Positions 26,110 to 38,848 of a DNA stretch of 64,000 bases are shown here, piece by piece. Source of the stretch: Spongospora subterranea f. sp. subterranea (taxonomy: Eukaryota); NCBI GenBank assembly GCA_049724395.1, contig JAUGWO010000117.1, positions 1 to 64,000 on the forward strand, written 5' to 3'. The notes under the pieces are model-generated. The model did no database searches and was not told the DNA's origin. It saw only the letters and a list, made by a program, of their open reading frames with translations. Position 1 is the stretch's first letter, and every line of letters begins with the position of its first letter. A program made the translations under genes and the position numbers.

Positions 26110-27300
26110 TTAATCGTGAAGGAGGGGAAGACCTGGCCACTCCTCGTCTGCTCTTCTTGACGACTGAGCGGGCCTTCTTTGTGGGCTTTCCCGCCGAAAC
26201 GGTTTACTCGTTTCAGAGGCGAATGATGGCCGCCTAGACCGCGATGGCGGGCTCGAAACACTCCCGTGGAATCTTCTTTTCTCTGAAACCGTTATGGGAA
26301 GCGGTGATGACGGAGAACCATACCAGATGGCTTTTCCGTGAAAGGACGCTTGGGGCTGGATTGGCGGTAAATTGAGGGGGATGTCGACTCCTAATCTGGC
26401 AGCATACATGAAAGGCTGTTTGTCAGTAGTTTTGGGAAATCTTAAACAGAAATGTAGAAAAGTATAACGGAGGGGAGTGAAAGTTCGAGGACGTAGGACG
26501 AGATTTGATGGGACTTTTTTACTTCACCTTGCGTCATTGATTGGATATCGCGTATTTCCGCTAATACTGTTTTGTCGGAATTAGAAGCAACTACAGGGGA
26601 ACTGCGAAATTCGTCCACAAATTCTAACATATGAATCACGACCAGATTTGTGATCGATCGAATTATGGTGATATACCCTTGCAACTTGCTGGCCTGATCA
26701 ATCGACTGCTCGTTGTCTTTCTGGTGCTGCTCCAGAAGGCGTTGTTGATCTCCAACCTGGAGAGTCAGGTCAGTGATTAGGATATCGCGCTCGCCAAGCG
26801 CCATCGCAAGAGCATTCGACCCAGGCTTTTTAAAGTGATCAGATAGCCGACATACGAAAATATCACCAACACTCACACTAAAATCCAGTGTAAAACCCTT
26901 AAGACGTTGCTCATGTCTAAGAGTTTCGCCCACCCTTGCCCAGATTTCCTTCGCCCTCTGAATGCATATTTCGGCCTCGTTCGCCGGTTTCCTGAAGATT
27001 TATCCTCAATAGGTGCATGACCAATAACCATTAAGTTCGTACCTGTAAAGTCAGTTGTAATGTGACAGATTTTTCAGTGATATCGCGAACAAGAAGTTTT
27101 TGCCTCACTAGTTCAGCTTTAAGGAGTGCACGAATCTGTTCCGCCTTCCCTGACGATGCAGTAAGTTTCGCTTCATAAAGAGCCCAGTCTTCAATCAACC
27201 CCTGAAAGCGATATCGAATACAAGTCGAGACCACCACTATAATATCACCTCTTCTCTATTTCCGCCACAGAATGTCTCACAATACTTCAACTGATAATGT
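26110..27300 (-). CDS. Hypothetical coiled-coil protein, multi-exon; start uncertain
   Basis: Successive - strand ORF segments with heptad-like sequence (LITDLTLQVGDQQRLLEQHQKD) bounded by GT/AG sites. Confidence 0.45.
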
Positions 27301-27383
27301 GTCGATTTGAGAACATGAAAGAATGTGTTTATCGAGTTCCATCCAAATAGGTGACTGAGTTTGTGCGATGATGTGATAGGCCA

Positions 27384-29658
27384 TTAGATCCAGACGTAAT
27401 ACGGTAGACGATATGGGCTCAAAAAAGTGTAAGGCCTTGCGGAACCGTCCTCACGAACCGAGATCGTGTCGTGTATTCTCTGAAGATCGCACTTGAATTC
27501 ATCAATGGCGACTGACACTGCGGCGGCCGGACTGGAATCCTCCAGGAATCCGATCAACGACAACGTTGTTGGCAACTGCCGGTAAAAGTTGGACAATAAC
27601 ACGACCTCGCCGACAATTAGGGCCGGAACCGGTGGTAAAAACTGGCGAAGATTGATGGATGTGTCCTGCTTTTTTATCGGTAATGGAGCCCAGAATGCTT
27701 TAGGGTTGAATGGCAAGGCCCCAGTCCATAGCACATACGAGTTCATGGCGTGATGTTGAATCGACGTCTGGAAAATCTGAAACACCAGGGCGTTGTCAAA
27801 GGTTGATATGATTGGACGAAACTCGAATAACGACAATGGAAACCGGGAATAAACAATTATGATAATGTGATGAATTACCATTGTGGCAATCATGTTGCAC
27901 AAATCGTTGAAGGACGTCAGTTGCGATGGGAACCCTTTGAAGGCACCTCCATTTGGATCGGCAACGGCTGCAACCCACGCCTGCAACTCAAAATCGTTCA
28001 CGACGCGTTCATCGGTGGTGTAAGCACGTTTTCCACTTCCAGATCCAGAGTTGCTGTAATACGGTTGGAGGGTATTACTAACGAACTTACGCAACGCCTC
28101 GTAAAGATCCAGCGAATCATCACGGCGTGGAAAATTGGGAATTCGCATGAGTTGACGGTATTTCTGTTTGGGCGATTGAGTACTCCAGTCGAAGGTTTTG
28201 GTGACTTGTTCGGCGTAATCCATCATTCCAGCAGATCCACGTCCGAACACGCTGTCGTTGACAGTTCCGTTTTGGAACAGGGCCTGTAATCCCATGAAAC
28301 TGTTCCCAAAAACTGTGAAAGAAACTCGTCAGTTTTTTTAAACGAAGATAGAATACAATGGATTGGCAACAGATTCAACCAAAACGGGTGGTCAAATATG
28401 AGATGAAGGTTTGACCAAGCAAACGTGCTCTCAAGTGGAAAATGGGGAAAACATACGGTTTTTGAAGTGAGGAGAGAGTAGGGGATATATTGGGTGTTCA
28501 ACACTAATGTGGCGCATCATAGCAACACGAATGGGTTCCATGGCCAGATGCGTACTGACGAAATGAGCCATCGGCTGAATATTCTGCTCGGCAGCGGCGA
28601 ACGCCATCTTGGCCATTTGCCATTGAGACGGCTCGTCCAGCGGGGTGTATACCATTCCGGTCCTGATCAACCGAATACCCAGCACCTGAAACCCTTTATT
28701 CTCGTCAACAAAGAACATGGCGATCGCTCCAGGGGTGTATTTCGGTCCAATGTTGGCGCTTTCTGCAACCGATAGGTCAATCTTGTACAGCAGCCCCGCG
28801 TTAAGAAGAGACTTAAGCGGCTTTCCTGTCAGGGATTTGATCAGATCCGTCGGCAATTGAATTGTGTTCTCGTTTGCCGGTTCGAGCATGAACCCGCTGG
28901 AGCGTAGACGATCATCAGCAAAGCTCTGGTCCAAGTCGCCGGCGATGTTGCCGATAGGGTATTCGATTGTGTTCTCGATCAGATGGAACATGTCTTTCAG
29001 GCCCTGGATGGTGGCGAAATTAGCTTGTCCACTGCTGAGGCCGTTGGCGATTGCCGTCTGCCTTTGAGGCTCTGAATAATGAGAGATATCCGCTATCTCC
29101 TGCGATATCATTGAAAGCACCTAATTCCCACCAGTAATCAGACTCAACCACAACAAGACTCTCTGAAGCAGTTTTGGGTCAATAGGAATACAGTTAGGCA
29201 ATGATTGCAATAAATCAGGGGCCCAATAATTCGACTTTTGAGAAACAAAAACAGGAGAACCAATGGTAAACAAGGTAAAACGAAGGAAGAGTGAAATGTT
29301 GCTAGAGGATCGGTATGGATAAGCGATATACCGGTAAGGTAGGTTGAGGCCCATTTGGGATCTTGAACAACCGGTTGAGGTTGGCGACTTTATGGAAACG
29401 AGGGCCATTGATGAATTGGGTGCGGAGGGTGGCTAAGGCAGCGGCACGAGCACTGATGTTGTAGCCAGCAAGTTCAGGTAATGATAGTGCAGAGCTGCAG
29501 TTCAATGGTCAACACACATAACACAAACAAGGAGATAGATGATTGTGGCGAAAGTGGGTCAATAGGAAAATGGGTTTTGAGATGAGGTTAAGGTGACGCT
29601 GTTTAGATTACCTGGTTAACGATAATGTGGACAATCCGAATAATACTGTGATCATCAT
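27384..29658 (-). CDS. Secreted lipoxygenase, multi-exon
   Basis: Spliced signal peptide MMITVLFGLSTLSLTSSA; WQMAK; HFVSTHLAMEP; HPIYPLLSPH; QHHAMN; C-terminal Ile (PYYVWI*). All metal ligands are present. Confidence 0.92.
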
Positions 29659-32600
29659 GACCCGTATTATCGCCATATTCCTGCCCAATAATGGGTATGA
29701 ACTCCCTTTCGAAACCGGTAATTACAATCTGTCGCAGCACGTGTTCTCTCGTCATCATCAATCGAAAAATGATACGATATTGACCTACCACAACCAAAAA
29801 AACAGGTGTTGACGAAATCGTATCAATAGGACAATGGACCTTCATCGCCAATGGTATCAAGTTGTGTTGGGCACAGCCCGACACGCGCCATCCACGAAAC
29901 CATCGCCAATAATCACGAGTCATTGAAAAACGATTGGTTTGATTGAATCTGCAGATATTGCCAGTAAAACGGATACGATTTGCTTTGAATCTTTAGATTT
30001 TTTTGTAAATTTGGTATCTTGTGGAATGATTAACCGGATATTCATAACGACTTGAACCCCGACCTGGCAGATATCTGGGATCAGGGTCAACAATGGATTT
30101 CGGGGCCACATGAACATTACACCAAAACCTCAAGATTTTCAGTATTTTTAGGAAACAACAGAGTAGTCTCATTTATTGGTTGATGAATCTGCAACACAGC
30201 ACATGGTGTTATCACTTCGATGACCCTCAAATGTTATAGCCAATTTCCTGCATGATGATAATGAATCATGACCCTGGACAAAGCACTGGCGATCAACCAG
30301 AATATGGTTTTGGCCAAAACCATCAACCCAAAAAATCGACTCAGAGTTCCCATATTGTATCCTCTTCCGCCCCATCCCCAATTTCGATAATCATTGGACC
30401 GATTCAATTTTTTCGAAAGTCATGATGGATTGACTTGTCGATAACGAATTTATCAGGTCTTATTACTATGGATATCCATATCTAGCACAATCTGGCAATC
30501 TCAATGGATGGGCTTAGCAACGACCATTGCTCAGCAATACTTTTAACCAAAGGAATCACTTTTTACGAAAGTTTATTCACATTCTTCCTGCGCAATGGTG
30601 TCATCTATTTCAAAAATGAACCGAAGGTCTCGAAGAATCGAGTAAACCCAACATATATCTGGGAAATTAACGAGTCGCAAGAGTTGCCTTAGTTCAGATT
30701 GTGGAGTTTTAACACATAATTAATTGACGTTGGTTAAGATAGCAGTGACCCATATCGTCCAGTTCCAGTCTTGGATCTTGGTATCAATCATCTGTAATCG
30801 CTTTAACAATGCCAATGTCTGACGCTAACACACACCGATCAGAGAACCCTGATGTGTCCTCATATTCGGCTACCGATACGGTCATGAACAGAAGCAAAAA
30901 AGAAGTTGTATTGGGATGAGAGTGTTACTGACCCCAATATGAATGACCAACGAATGCCAGAAAGAGGCTTCGAAATCCGACAGCTTGGTCGCGATTCGGG
31001 GCCAAACAAACGGTGGTCTGTGAACTGATTGGACAGTGGCGATTATCGAAACGGGTGGTGAAGTTGTCAGCCTGACCATGTTGGGTGGAGATGGTCAAAG
31101 ATATTTCCACTTTAGTAGTATCGCGGTCCAATATAAACCACCAGAGCTCACTCTGTCTGTATTCACCACAACTTAATGGCGCAATCCGATAGTATTTCGT
31201 TTTGCCCAAATCCAACATCAGCATTGTCTCAGTTGGCCCCATTTTCAAAACGGATTACACCAGTCCTGCTAGAACAGCAAATCTATTGGTCGTTCCCGGA
31301 TTACCTTTGTTGCAGAGACCCTGAGTGCGGGATTTCGCATCCGAGTCTGTGGTTGGTTGTTGCGACCCGACAAAGTAAGACATCTCGGCAAGTTTTCAGA
31401 GCCAAGGTTTGGAACAGGTGCAGGGTTCTTCATTCATCCATAGACCAAACGGAAAGACTGGGAAGATGAGAATATGACATCAACAATCTCACCCACTATG
31501 CAGTTGTTGGGTTTCAATTTCAAGAATAGACTTGAAATTGCTGGAGTGTCGTAGGTTTCCGCTTCATCTTATTGTAAATGCGTTTGGAAATCTGGCGCAA
31601 GTTCGAATGTCGTGAGACGTTAATTGACCAGAAGCACAGAACCCATCCTACAGGCGAGAGGATACCTGGACTCAAATAAGCGGTTCTCCCAACCGATGGC
31701 TACGGTCGTGCTCATTTGGAAAATTGCAGGCGGCCAAACGCATCATAGTCAAATGAGCCTGAAACAACCCTGTCAAACACTCAAGGACTTCACTGGTTGG
31801 TATTGATTGTGTGACATTATTACATAATGGTGTTGGATATATAGCAGCGATGAACTGGACTCCAACAATAACAACCCCAACTTTCGGTCTGCTCCTGCCT
31901 GCATCACAATTGTGTCAATAACGCTATTAATGCAGCCAGACGAGCACGATGCAGCGAGTGTTTTCAGAATCGCAAAATCAGATAACGGAATCCGAACATT
32001 TATCGCATCAAGCAATTACAACTTGCCTTGATGCTCTCATCGAGAAACAAATTGATGTCGGCGGTACAGACTGCTAAAAATGCGATGTTGCAAGCAGACC
32101 TCAACAATGAGCTTGTTGCTGATTAGGGGATCCGATTAGGTTGTACAAGGCAACTTTCTTGTACCATTCCGGAAGCTGCGACAGGTGGTACACACAACTC
32201 ACTACCAACCAGAGCTGAAACAATTTTCACAAAACGAGTGGGAAAACTTCTACACCGTTGGTACACATTTTAACATTCACAAAAGCACACCGATGAATCG
32301 AGTAATACTCTACGAAAGATCACCATTAAAAGAGTTCAACAACAAAGAAGTTACCTGATATCTATAAACAGAACAAAAAGTTAATGTGACAAAATTTGAA
32401 TTCAACTACAAAATATATTAATCAGGCGTTCATGTTTTTCATGGTCAGTATTTGAAATGGAAAACAGATAAATCGCCTTGGGAGTTTGCAAAGACGGTGA
32501 CACGCGTTGACCTTAGACAAGCAAGCCGCCACAAGCAGTCACTGTATCAGCAGAAGACAATGGAGCGTTAAATGCCGGTCTACTTTTTATATAGTGTTAT

Positions 32601-32669
32601 AACATTCGAGTGAAATGAAAACCCTAGACAGATTATGACACCGATTTGCAAAAGCAGGCATTTGGATAT

Positions 32670-34911
32670 CTATTTGCGTGACCGTGAATTCTGACCAGCA
32701 ACGATCTGGACCATTCGGACAAAGATATTGATAACATTCCAGTAAATTGAATATGATTCGCTGATATAGTCGGGTGTAATGTTTGGGTTGCGCTGCGCTC
32801 TGGCAATGATCCTCTGTGTGTCATACAGCATCAACCCGCCTATTCAACGAAATTACTGACAAGAAACCCAAAGAATACCCAACAAAAACTTAACAAGGTC
32901 AATATCGCAGAAACTGTTCAAATCATAATTACGCATCGCATGTGATCAGAGAAATATTACCAAAAACGGCAAAAGCCCGCCATATAGCGAAACGGAGTGG
33001 GTCAGACGGAATGCAGCTCTGAACAAAATTTCAGAAAAATCGATGTGGTTGTTCTAAAACTCTACCCAGCAGTAGGAAGGAAAGCAGACGCGACCGATGA
33101 TAGCGCAACAACTGTCAAGCCACCGAATAAAGGGCCTCCCTATATTATCAAACCATTAACCGAAAAATTGCTTAACACCACAATCAATTGAGTTAAGAAT
33201 GAAAATTGCCAACTGATTTGAGGGACCGGCACTAAACTACAGTTTGAAAAGCATTGCGAGAATACGGAAAACCAAGAGCAAACGAGCAAGTCACATGCAA
33301 ACAATCAGAGATACAGTGACACAAGATGAGCGTAAAACTTTCGTCGTCTATACAAGATCAACAGTAGACAAAGCTGCGAGTAATTTGGAGGAAATTCGTT
33401 TACCAAATAGAGGAACTTGTCTTCTTCGGCATTTATAGCCACAATAGAAAGCGATCCAACGATTCCAGTCGTGTACAATGCCGCACGAGACAGCACAGCT
33501 GACGGTAAAAACATGAGAGGGGAAAGAGAGATAGCGCCAACGCAAGCCATTGATGCAGCCCATGCGGCATGCTTTAATACTGGGGATTCGACAATGGACG
33601 TGCTCTGAGCAATATAGGAGGTGGCAATAATGGCGACCATAGACGTTCCTAGATACAGCATCGGGTTGAGCTGCATCACTCGCACAGCAAACTAGAAAGG
33701 CACCTCACAGTTAGAAACGTCTGACAACATCATCTCAACACATCAAAACCAGACCCCATGCCGTAAAAAGAGCACACACAGCATCCGAACAAAAAATAGA
33801 CTTCTATCAAACATCACAATGAACAGAATGGAGGTTGATATGGGCTAGGACCGAAAAGAAATCATCTTGAGATGAATGATCAAAATTGAGACAGAGGTCA
33901 TGACAAAAAAAGACAAAGTTGGAAAGTTGTAGTTCAGCGAAAAAAGCCATCAACTCTGCAGGTTTGATCTCAATTGAACTGACAATGGGCAAAAGCATAC
34001 CCCAGAGCGAAACGCAGACACAGCAGAGAGAGCAGTGATGGCAAAACCGCTAACAACGTAAGTATATGTGCCCTTTAGGTAAGAATGAACAGTAGGGCTT
34101 ATGGATGACATCGCCTGATTATCATGGCTATTCAGGAAATGGTTTAACACCAAATACGTTGACAGCATTAGACCACCTGCACCGACTAACAGAAACCACA
34201 TATCGTCAGAGTGACTATTGAAGGTTTGCCATGTAATAATATGGCAAAGTTCATTGTTTTGAAAACAGAAAAATTATAACCGAGCAAAAACAAAACTATT
34301 AATCATATCAAGCAATCAATCAGAGTGACTGTTGAAGGTTTGTCATGTAAAAAATATGGCAACGTTCATTGTTTTGAAAGATAAAAATTATAACCGAGCA
34401 AAAACAAAACTATAAATCATATCAAGCAATCAAGCAGAGTGACTATTGAAGGTTTGCCATGTAAAAAATATGGCAACGTTCATTGTTTTGAAACAGAAAA
34501 ATTATAACCGAGCCATCAGGCAGAGTGACTATTAGAGGTTTTTTTCATGTCATAATATGGCAACGTTCTTTTTTGAAAACAGAAAAATGATAACCAAGTC
34601 AAAACCAAAACTATAAATCATATTCAGGAAAATACGATAAAGCAAGCGTAAGAAGTGCTGGTAGAAATAGTCCATGAAAACAATGTTAGATATTGTTTTG
34701 AATTTGTACAGTTTGATCAATAGAAATTTAACAAAGAAATGATGCTGTTGAAACACACCTAGAGCCTGCAGCGGGTTTGCAGGGGTGGAATTGACCAGAC
34801 GGAAGCTGGAAATTTGCCGATATGATGGTGACTTGATAACATCTCGTGCACGGCAAAGACTGAAATCACGGTGAACCCATCAAAGAAGACAGTAAACGCG
34901 AAAAACGTCAT
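32670..34911 (-). CDS. GHITM: GHITM/MICS1 (Bax inhibitor-1 family) mitochondrial membrane protein, multi-exon
   Basis: YLKGTYTY, KHAAW, RAALYTTGIVGSLSIVA..DKFLYLGGPL, SLYGGL, LYDTQRII..SIYWNVINIFVRM; start tentative; apparent frameshift at 32971-32974. Confidence 0.88.
34207..34623. repeat. About 114-bp tandem repeat, roughly 3.6 copies, in a GHITM intron
   Basis: CAGAGTGACT(A/G)TT recurs at 34207, 34321, 34435 and 34521. Confidence 0.9.
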
Positions 34912-35981
34912 TACGTTTTGAGGCTACGAAAGCTGACAACGCCTGGGCTCGTTCTCAAAATAAGACCGCAGGGAATATGCAGATGCCTTGAGAACATAGT
35001 TTGTCACACAATCTGCGAAACTCGTTCAAATGTTCAAAGCCAGTCAACGTTCCGCAGCAGGTTGCGCGGGATTCAGTCACAGACTCAGGTACAGAGTACA
35101 GACAGTACACTGTAATACCTGTTCAGCTGTTCGGCAATACACTTTCAGGTGATTCTCCCACATCCCACTGGAGAATTTAGAATCTTGAACACGCCATGCT
35201 CGGTTTGTTATTCAAAATACAGGAATAAGGCTTTGCGACAAGGAAGATAAACATTGTGTCGATGAATCATCGATTAAGCTAGGACTACTGATGTAGGTAG
35301 ATAGTGTAATGTGCACCTAATATTGGCGGTCGTTTGTTCCATGAAGTCGGGTTACTCGACGTAAAGACTGCGTCAGCAACACCCCCGTTTGAGGCAATTA
35401 TCACATCTTGATAAACGAGAAGAACGTCGCGAAGAAGCCCAGCAGCCTAATGAAAAAATTTGATGTCCTCATACGTTCCTCTCTCGCATTTGTTATTGTC
35501 TACTTACTGCATTATTCGAATTATGCAAATGCCAGAATCTGCACCATTCCTGCTGAGTCATGATATCTCTGTTCACACGGGTGATACGCTGAAACTTGGA
35601 AGTTTGAAACGGGCCGGCGATTGATTTTGAGTCTGCGACCCGTTGGAGGTATCAATGTTGTGAACAGAAATACTGTGTCTGAGCGAGATGAGTTCCGCGA
35701 AGGTAATGATTTTTACTTGAAATCAGAAAAAATGCAACTTGAACGGCTGATGCCATTGAACCTGACAACGCGACAACCAAAAAAAACTACAATTCTAACC
35801 CATGCATGTTTTGGCAACGATCCTATCAATAATGTGATTTTGCGCTAATGCCTAACAGGCCATAACCATCAATTGATCCATCAATCCATGATTATGCAGC
35901 GATTTCCTCACGCACTTTTACTGCAGTTGCAATCATTTCTCTTGCACTGTGTATGTTCAGAGCGAATAAAGGTACGAGGTA

Positions 35982-36563
35982 ATGCCGACGATCGCCAAAC
36001 TTGGCCTAAAGGCTTCTCATCGATGGTCGATGATGAAGACAATGGTGACACAGCTGATAACTTATGAACGCATTGAGACCACATTGGTCAAGGCCAAAGA
36101 ACTGCGAAAGGTTGCCGACCGCTGCGTGACATTCGCCAAGCGCGGCGGGCGTCATGATCGCGTCCAGGCAGGACGTGTTGTGGAGCAACCCGAAGCGCTG
36201 GAGAAACTCTGGCAGGTTTTGGGTCCTCGTTATACTCAACGCCAAGGTGGATATACTCGGGTTCTTCGTTCCAGAAAACGTTTCGGTGATAACGCTACTC
36301 TAGCTTTCATCGAATTTGTCGATAGGTAAAATCCGATAATCGCATTCGTTCGTTTAATGTTTGAATTTCCCAAATGTGTTGACAGTAATAAATTTCATTG
36401 ACTATATTTACATTTTTTGTCATTAATTTTGTACGAGCTAAGTTGACCGCTAACTAGGCCCGGTGAATTACGGCAAGCACGTCCTCCCAGCGGTGAAACA
36501 ACTGATGCTGTTGGATCAGCAGTTCCCTGTCCAATTCCATCTCCGGATCCTTCCATCTCTTAA
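35982..36563 (+). CDS. MRPL17: Mitochondrial ribosomal protein L17 (bL17), two exons
   Basis: KLG..SHR..ERIETTLVKAKELR..RY..RQGGYTRV..GDNA..IEFVDR, intron, PGELRQARP. Confidence 0.93.
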
Positions 36564-37427
36564 TAAAATCACCTACCTATACTATTTACGTCGACATGCA
36601 ATTGACGGGTGTCTAGGGACACGGTAGAGCCCTTCGGAACAATCATCTTGCTGTACTTGTGATTATTCCCATTATCTTCGAATTTTGCCCTAGCCTCACG
36701 CCGTTGTCGGCGACAGATAGGTTTCTGAGCGTCGTCATGATAATCAAGGACAATATCTAAGTTTGGTGACAAAGCCAACTCAGCCTTTCGTCAACAATGT
36801 GAATTTTGCTGATCCACAACGTTGTTCAAGAAATGGCACTTCATCTACTACCCTGATTCGGTCGATCGGGCTTGCACTTTGTGATCTGCCGAGACCTGAC
36901 GCTTTCGTCACACAGCCGAGTGGTTATAACAACCCACTCCCATCGCTTAATGAGACAAGCTTCAACTATCCAATCAGAGTTCTTCAGGTGAAGATCAACT
37001 ACGACTGCTGCTAGAACAGGTGATTAATCGTATCCCATCAAAGTGACGTGGTCTTACTCTCAATCACAAATCGATTTTCTCGATAATATTATTTTTGAAA
37101 ATGATGACGATAACATAACATTTGAGATTTTTGCTAAATTCAGTACCTACTGTATGCCTCATTACGCTCATCACCTGCTACAATTTAAGGATATCAAAGA
37201 GAGCTTATTCTTAGCTGCCTTTGCAATAGCACACTCGATGACCTAGGAACGGGATTGTTGTTGTAATAACGTGTTGTTCTGCCAGAGTGGCGGGGTCGTC
37301 AGTGGTTTCTAACTGTTTTTGCACGCTGCGTTGGAGCGTTCGCGATGGTGAATGGCTTGATCGTGGATTTAGCTTTTTCAGATTCGAGTTCGTCCTTTTC
37401 CGGCAGTTTTTCTCGATTACGTTTTCC

Positions 37428-37752
37428 CTTGGGTTTTGACCTGTTTCATCGGGTGTGCCGGTTGATTGGCTGGTCGAGGTGACATCGTTTAAAGCGACGT
37501 CACCCGTCTTTTCTCAGCAGTTCTGCAACTTTATTTGGAGACGAACTTGTCGAGCGAGTCCTGGGAAATGGGGTTGGTATAGACAGAGGAAACTCGACAA
37601 GCCAACGCGGCTCGCCATGCAATCATCGAACTGTCCCAGGACTCCCTCGTCAAGCTCCTTTACAAAACTGCAAAAAAAAAGGACGGCCCACGACGTCACC
37701 TCGCCCAGCCAATCAACCTGCACAACCGAGGACACAGGATCAAAACCCCAAG
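37428..37752. repeat. Imperfect inverted repeat with about 60-bp arms (MITE-like)
   Basis: CTTGGGTTTTGA..GGTTGATTGGCTGGTCGAGGTGAC versus GTCACCTCGCCCAGCCAATCAACC..TCAAAACCCCAAG. Confidence 0.7.
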
Positions 37753-37881
37753 CCAAACGTTGTCCAAGGGTGGGTGTTCAATAATCGGATCATTTCTTAA
37801 ATATTGCTTAGCACGTGACCTGTTTTGGGAGCCCGTATTTTTCAGCAGTTCTGCAACTTCATTGGAGACGAGCTTGTCGAG

Positions 37882-38459
37882 CGAGTCCTGCGAGAATGGA
37901 CAGACGATGCCAATGATGGATCAATGATGGATCGAGTCATGCGAGATTGGACAGACGATGCGGGTCAGAGACATTGGACAGACTTCCAAAGATGGATTGA
38001 GTCCTGCGAGATTGGACAGACGATGCGGTCAGACACTTTCAATGATGGATCGAGTCCTGTGAGATTGGACAGACGATGCGGTCAGACACTTTCAATGATG
38101 GATCGAGTCCTGTGAGATTGGACAGACGATGCGGTCAGACACTTTCAATGATGGATCGAGTCCTGTGAGATTGGACAGACGATGCGGTCAGACACTTTCA
38201 ATGATGGATCGAGTCCTGTGAGATTGGACAGACGATGCGGTCAGACACTTTCAATGATGGATCGAGTCCTGTGAGATTGGACAGACGATGCGGTCAGACA
38301 CTTTCAATGATGGATCGAGTCCTGTGAGATTGGACAGACGATGCGGTCAGACACTTTCAATGATGGATCGAGTCCTGTGAGATTGGACAGACGATGCGGT
38401 CAGACACTTTCAATGATGGATCGAGTCCTGTGAGATTGGACAGACGATGCGGTCAGACA
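37882..38459. repeat. 53-bp tandem array
   Basis: Unit CGAGTCCTGTGAGATTGGACAGACGATGCGGTCAGACACTTTCAATGATGGAT starts at 38051, 38104 ... 38422 (last copy partial); more diverged copies lie to the left. Confidence 0.97.
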
Positions 38460-38848
38460 TAGGGGTTGATCGAGGTATGTGTAACACAGTACTGTACTGA
38501 CACTGTCATTATTCGACTGAGGGAGTCAGGGTCCTTGCTGGCATGTGTGTATGACACTGTGAAGGATAGTCACCTTATGTGACAGACTACATCAATAAAC
38601 AAGACACGTCTATTACACCTTCCCATTTCACATTGGAACTAATAACATTGGCTGCCTGGTACCAATGCCGCCAAGCCTTGCCAGCGAGTTCGACGAGATG
38701 CGCGATGCTGTTCGTGACGTTGGCTCAACGGCACCGATATCAATTAGTCCTTCTTTTGTGTCCCGACTGCTAGACCGACATGACGGTATATCCAAATCAA
38801 ATCCTTGATATTTCTTCTGAAAACATTTGAATAAATCTGTTCATGGTT

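Noticed and set aside
29900..32130. Possible gene between LOX and GHITM
   Set aside because: Only short broken frames; no consistent exon chain or domain found.
37882..38459. CRISPR array
   Set aside because: The units are contiguous with no unique spacers, there are no cas genes and the context is eukaryotic; the same applies to the 94-bp and 67-bp arrays.
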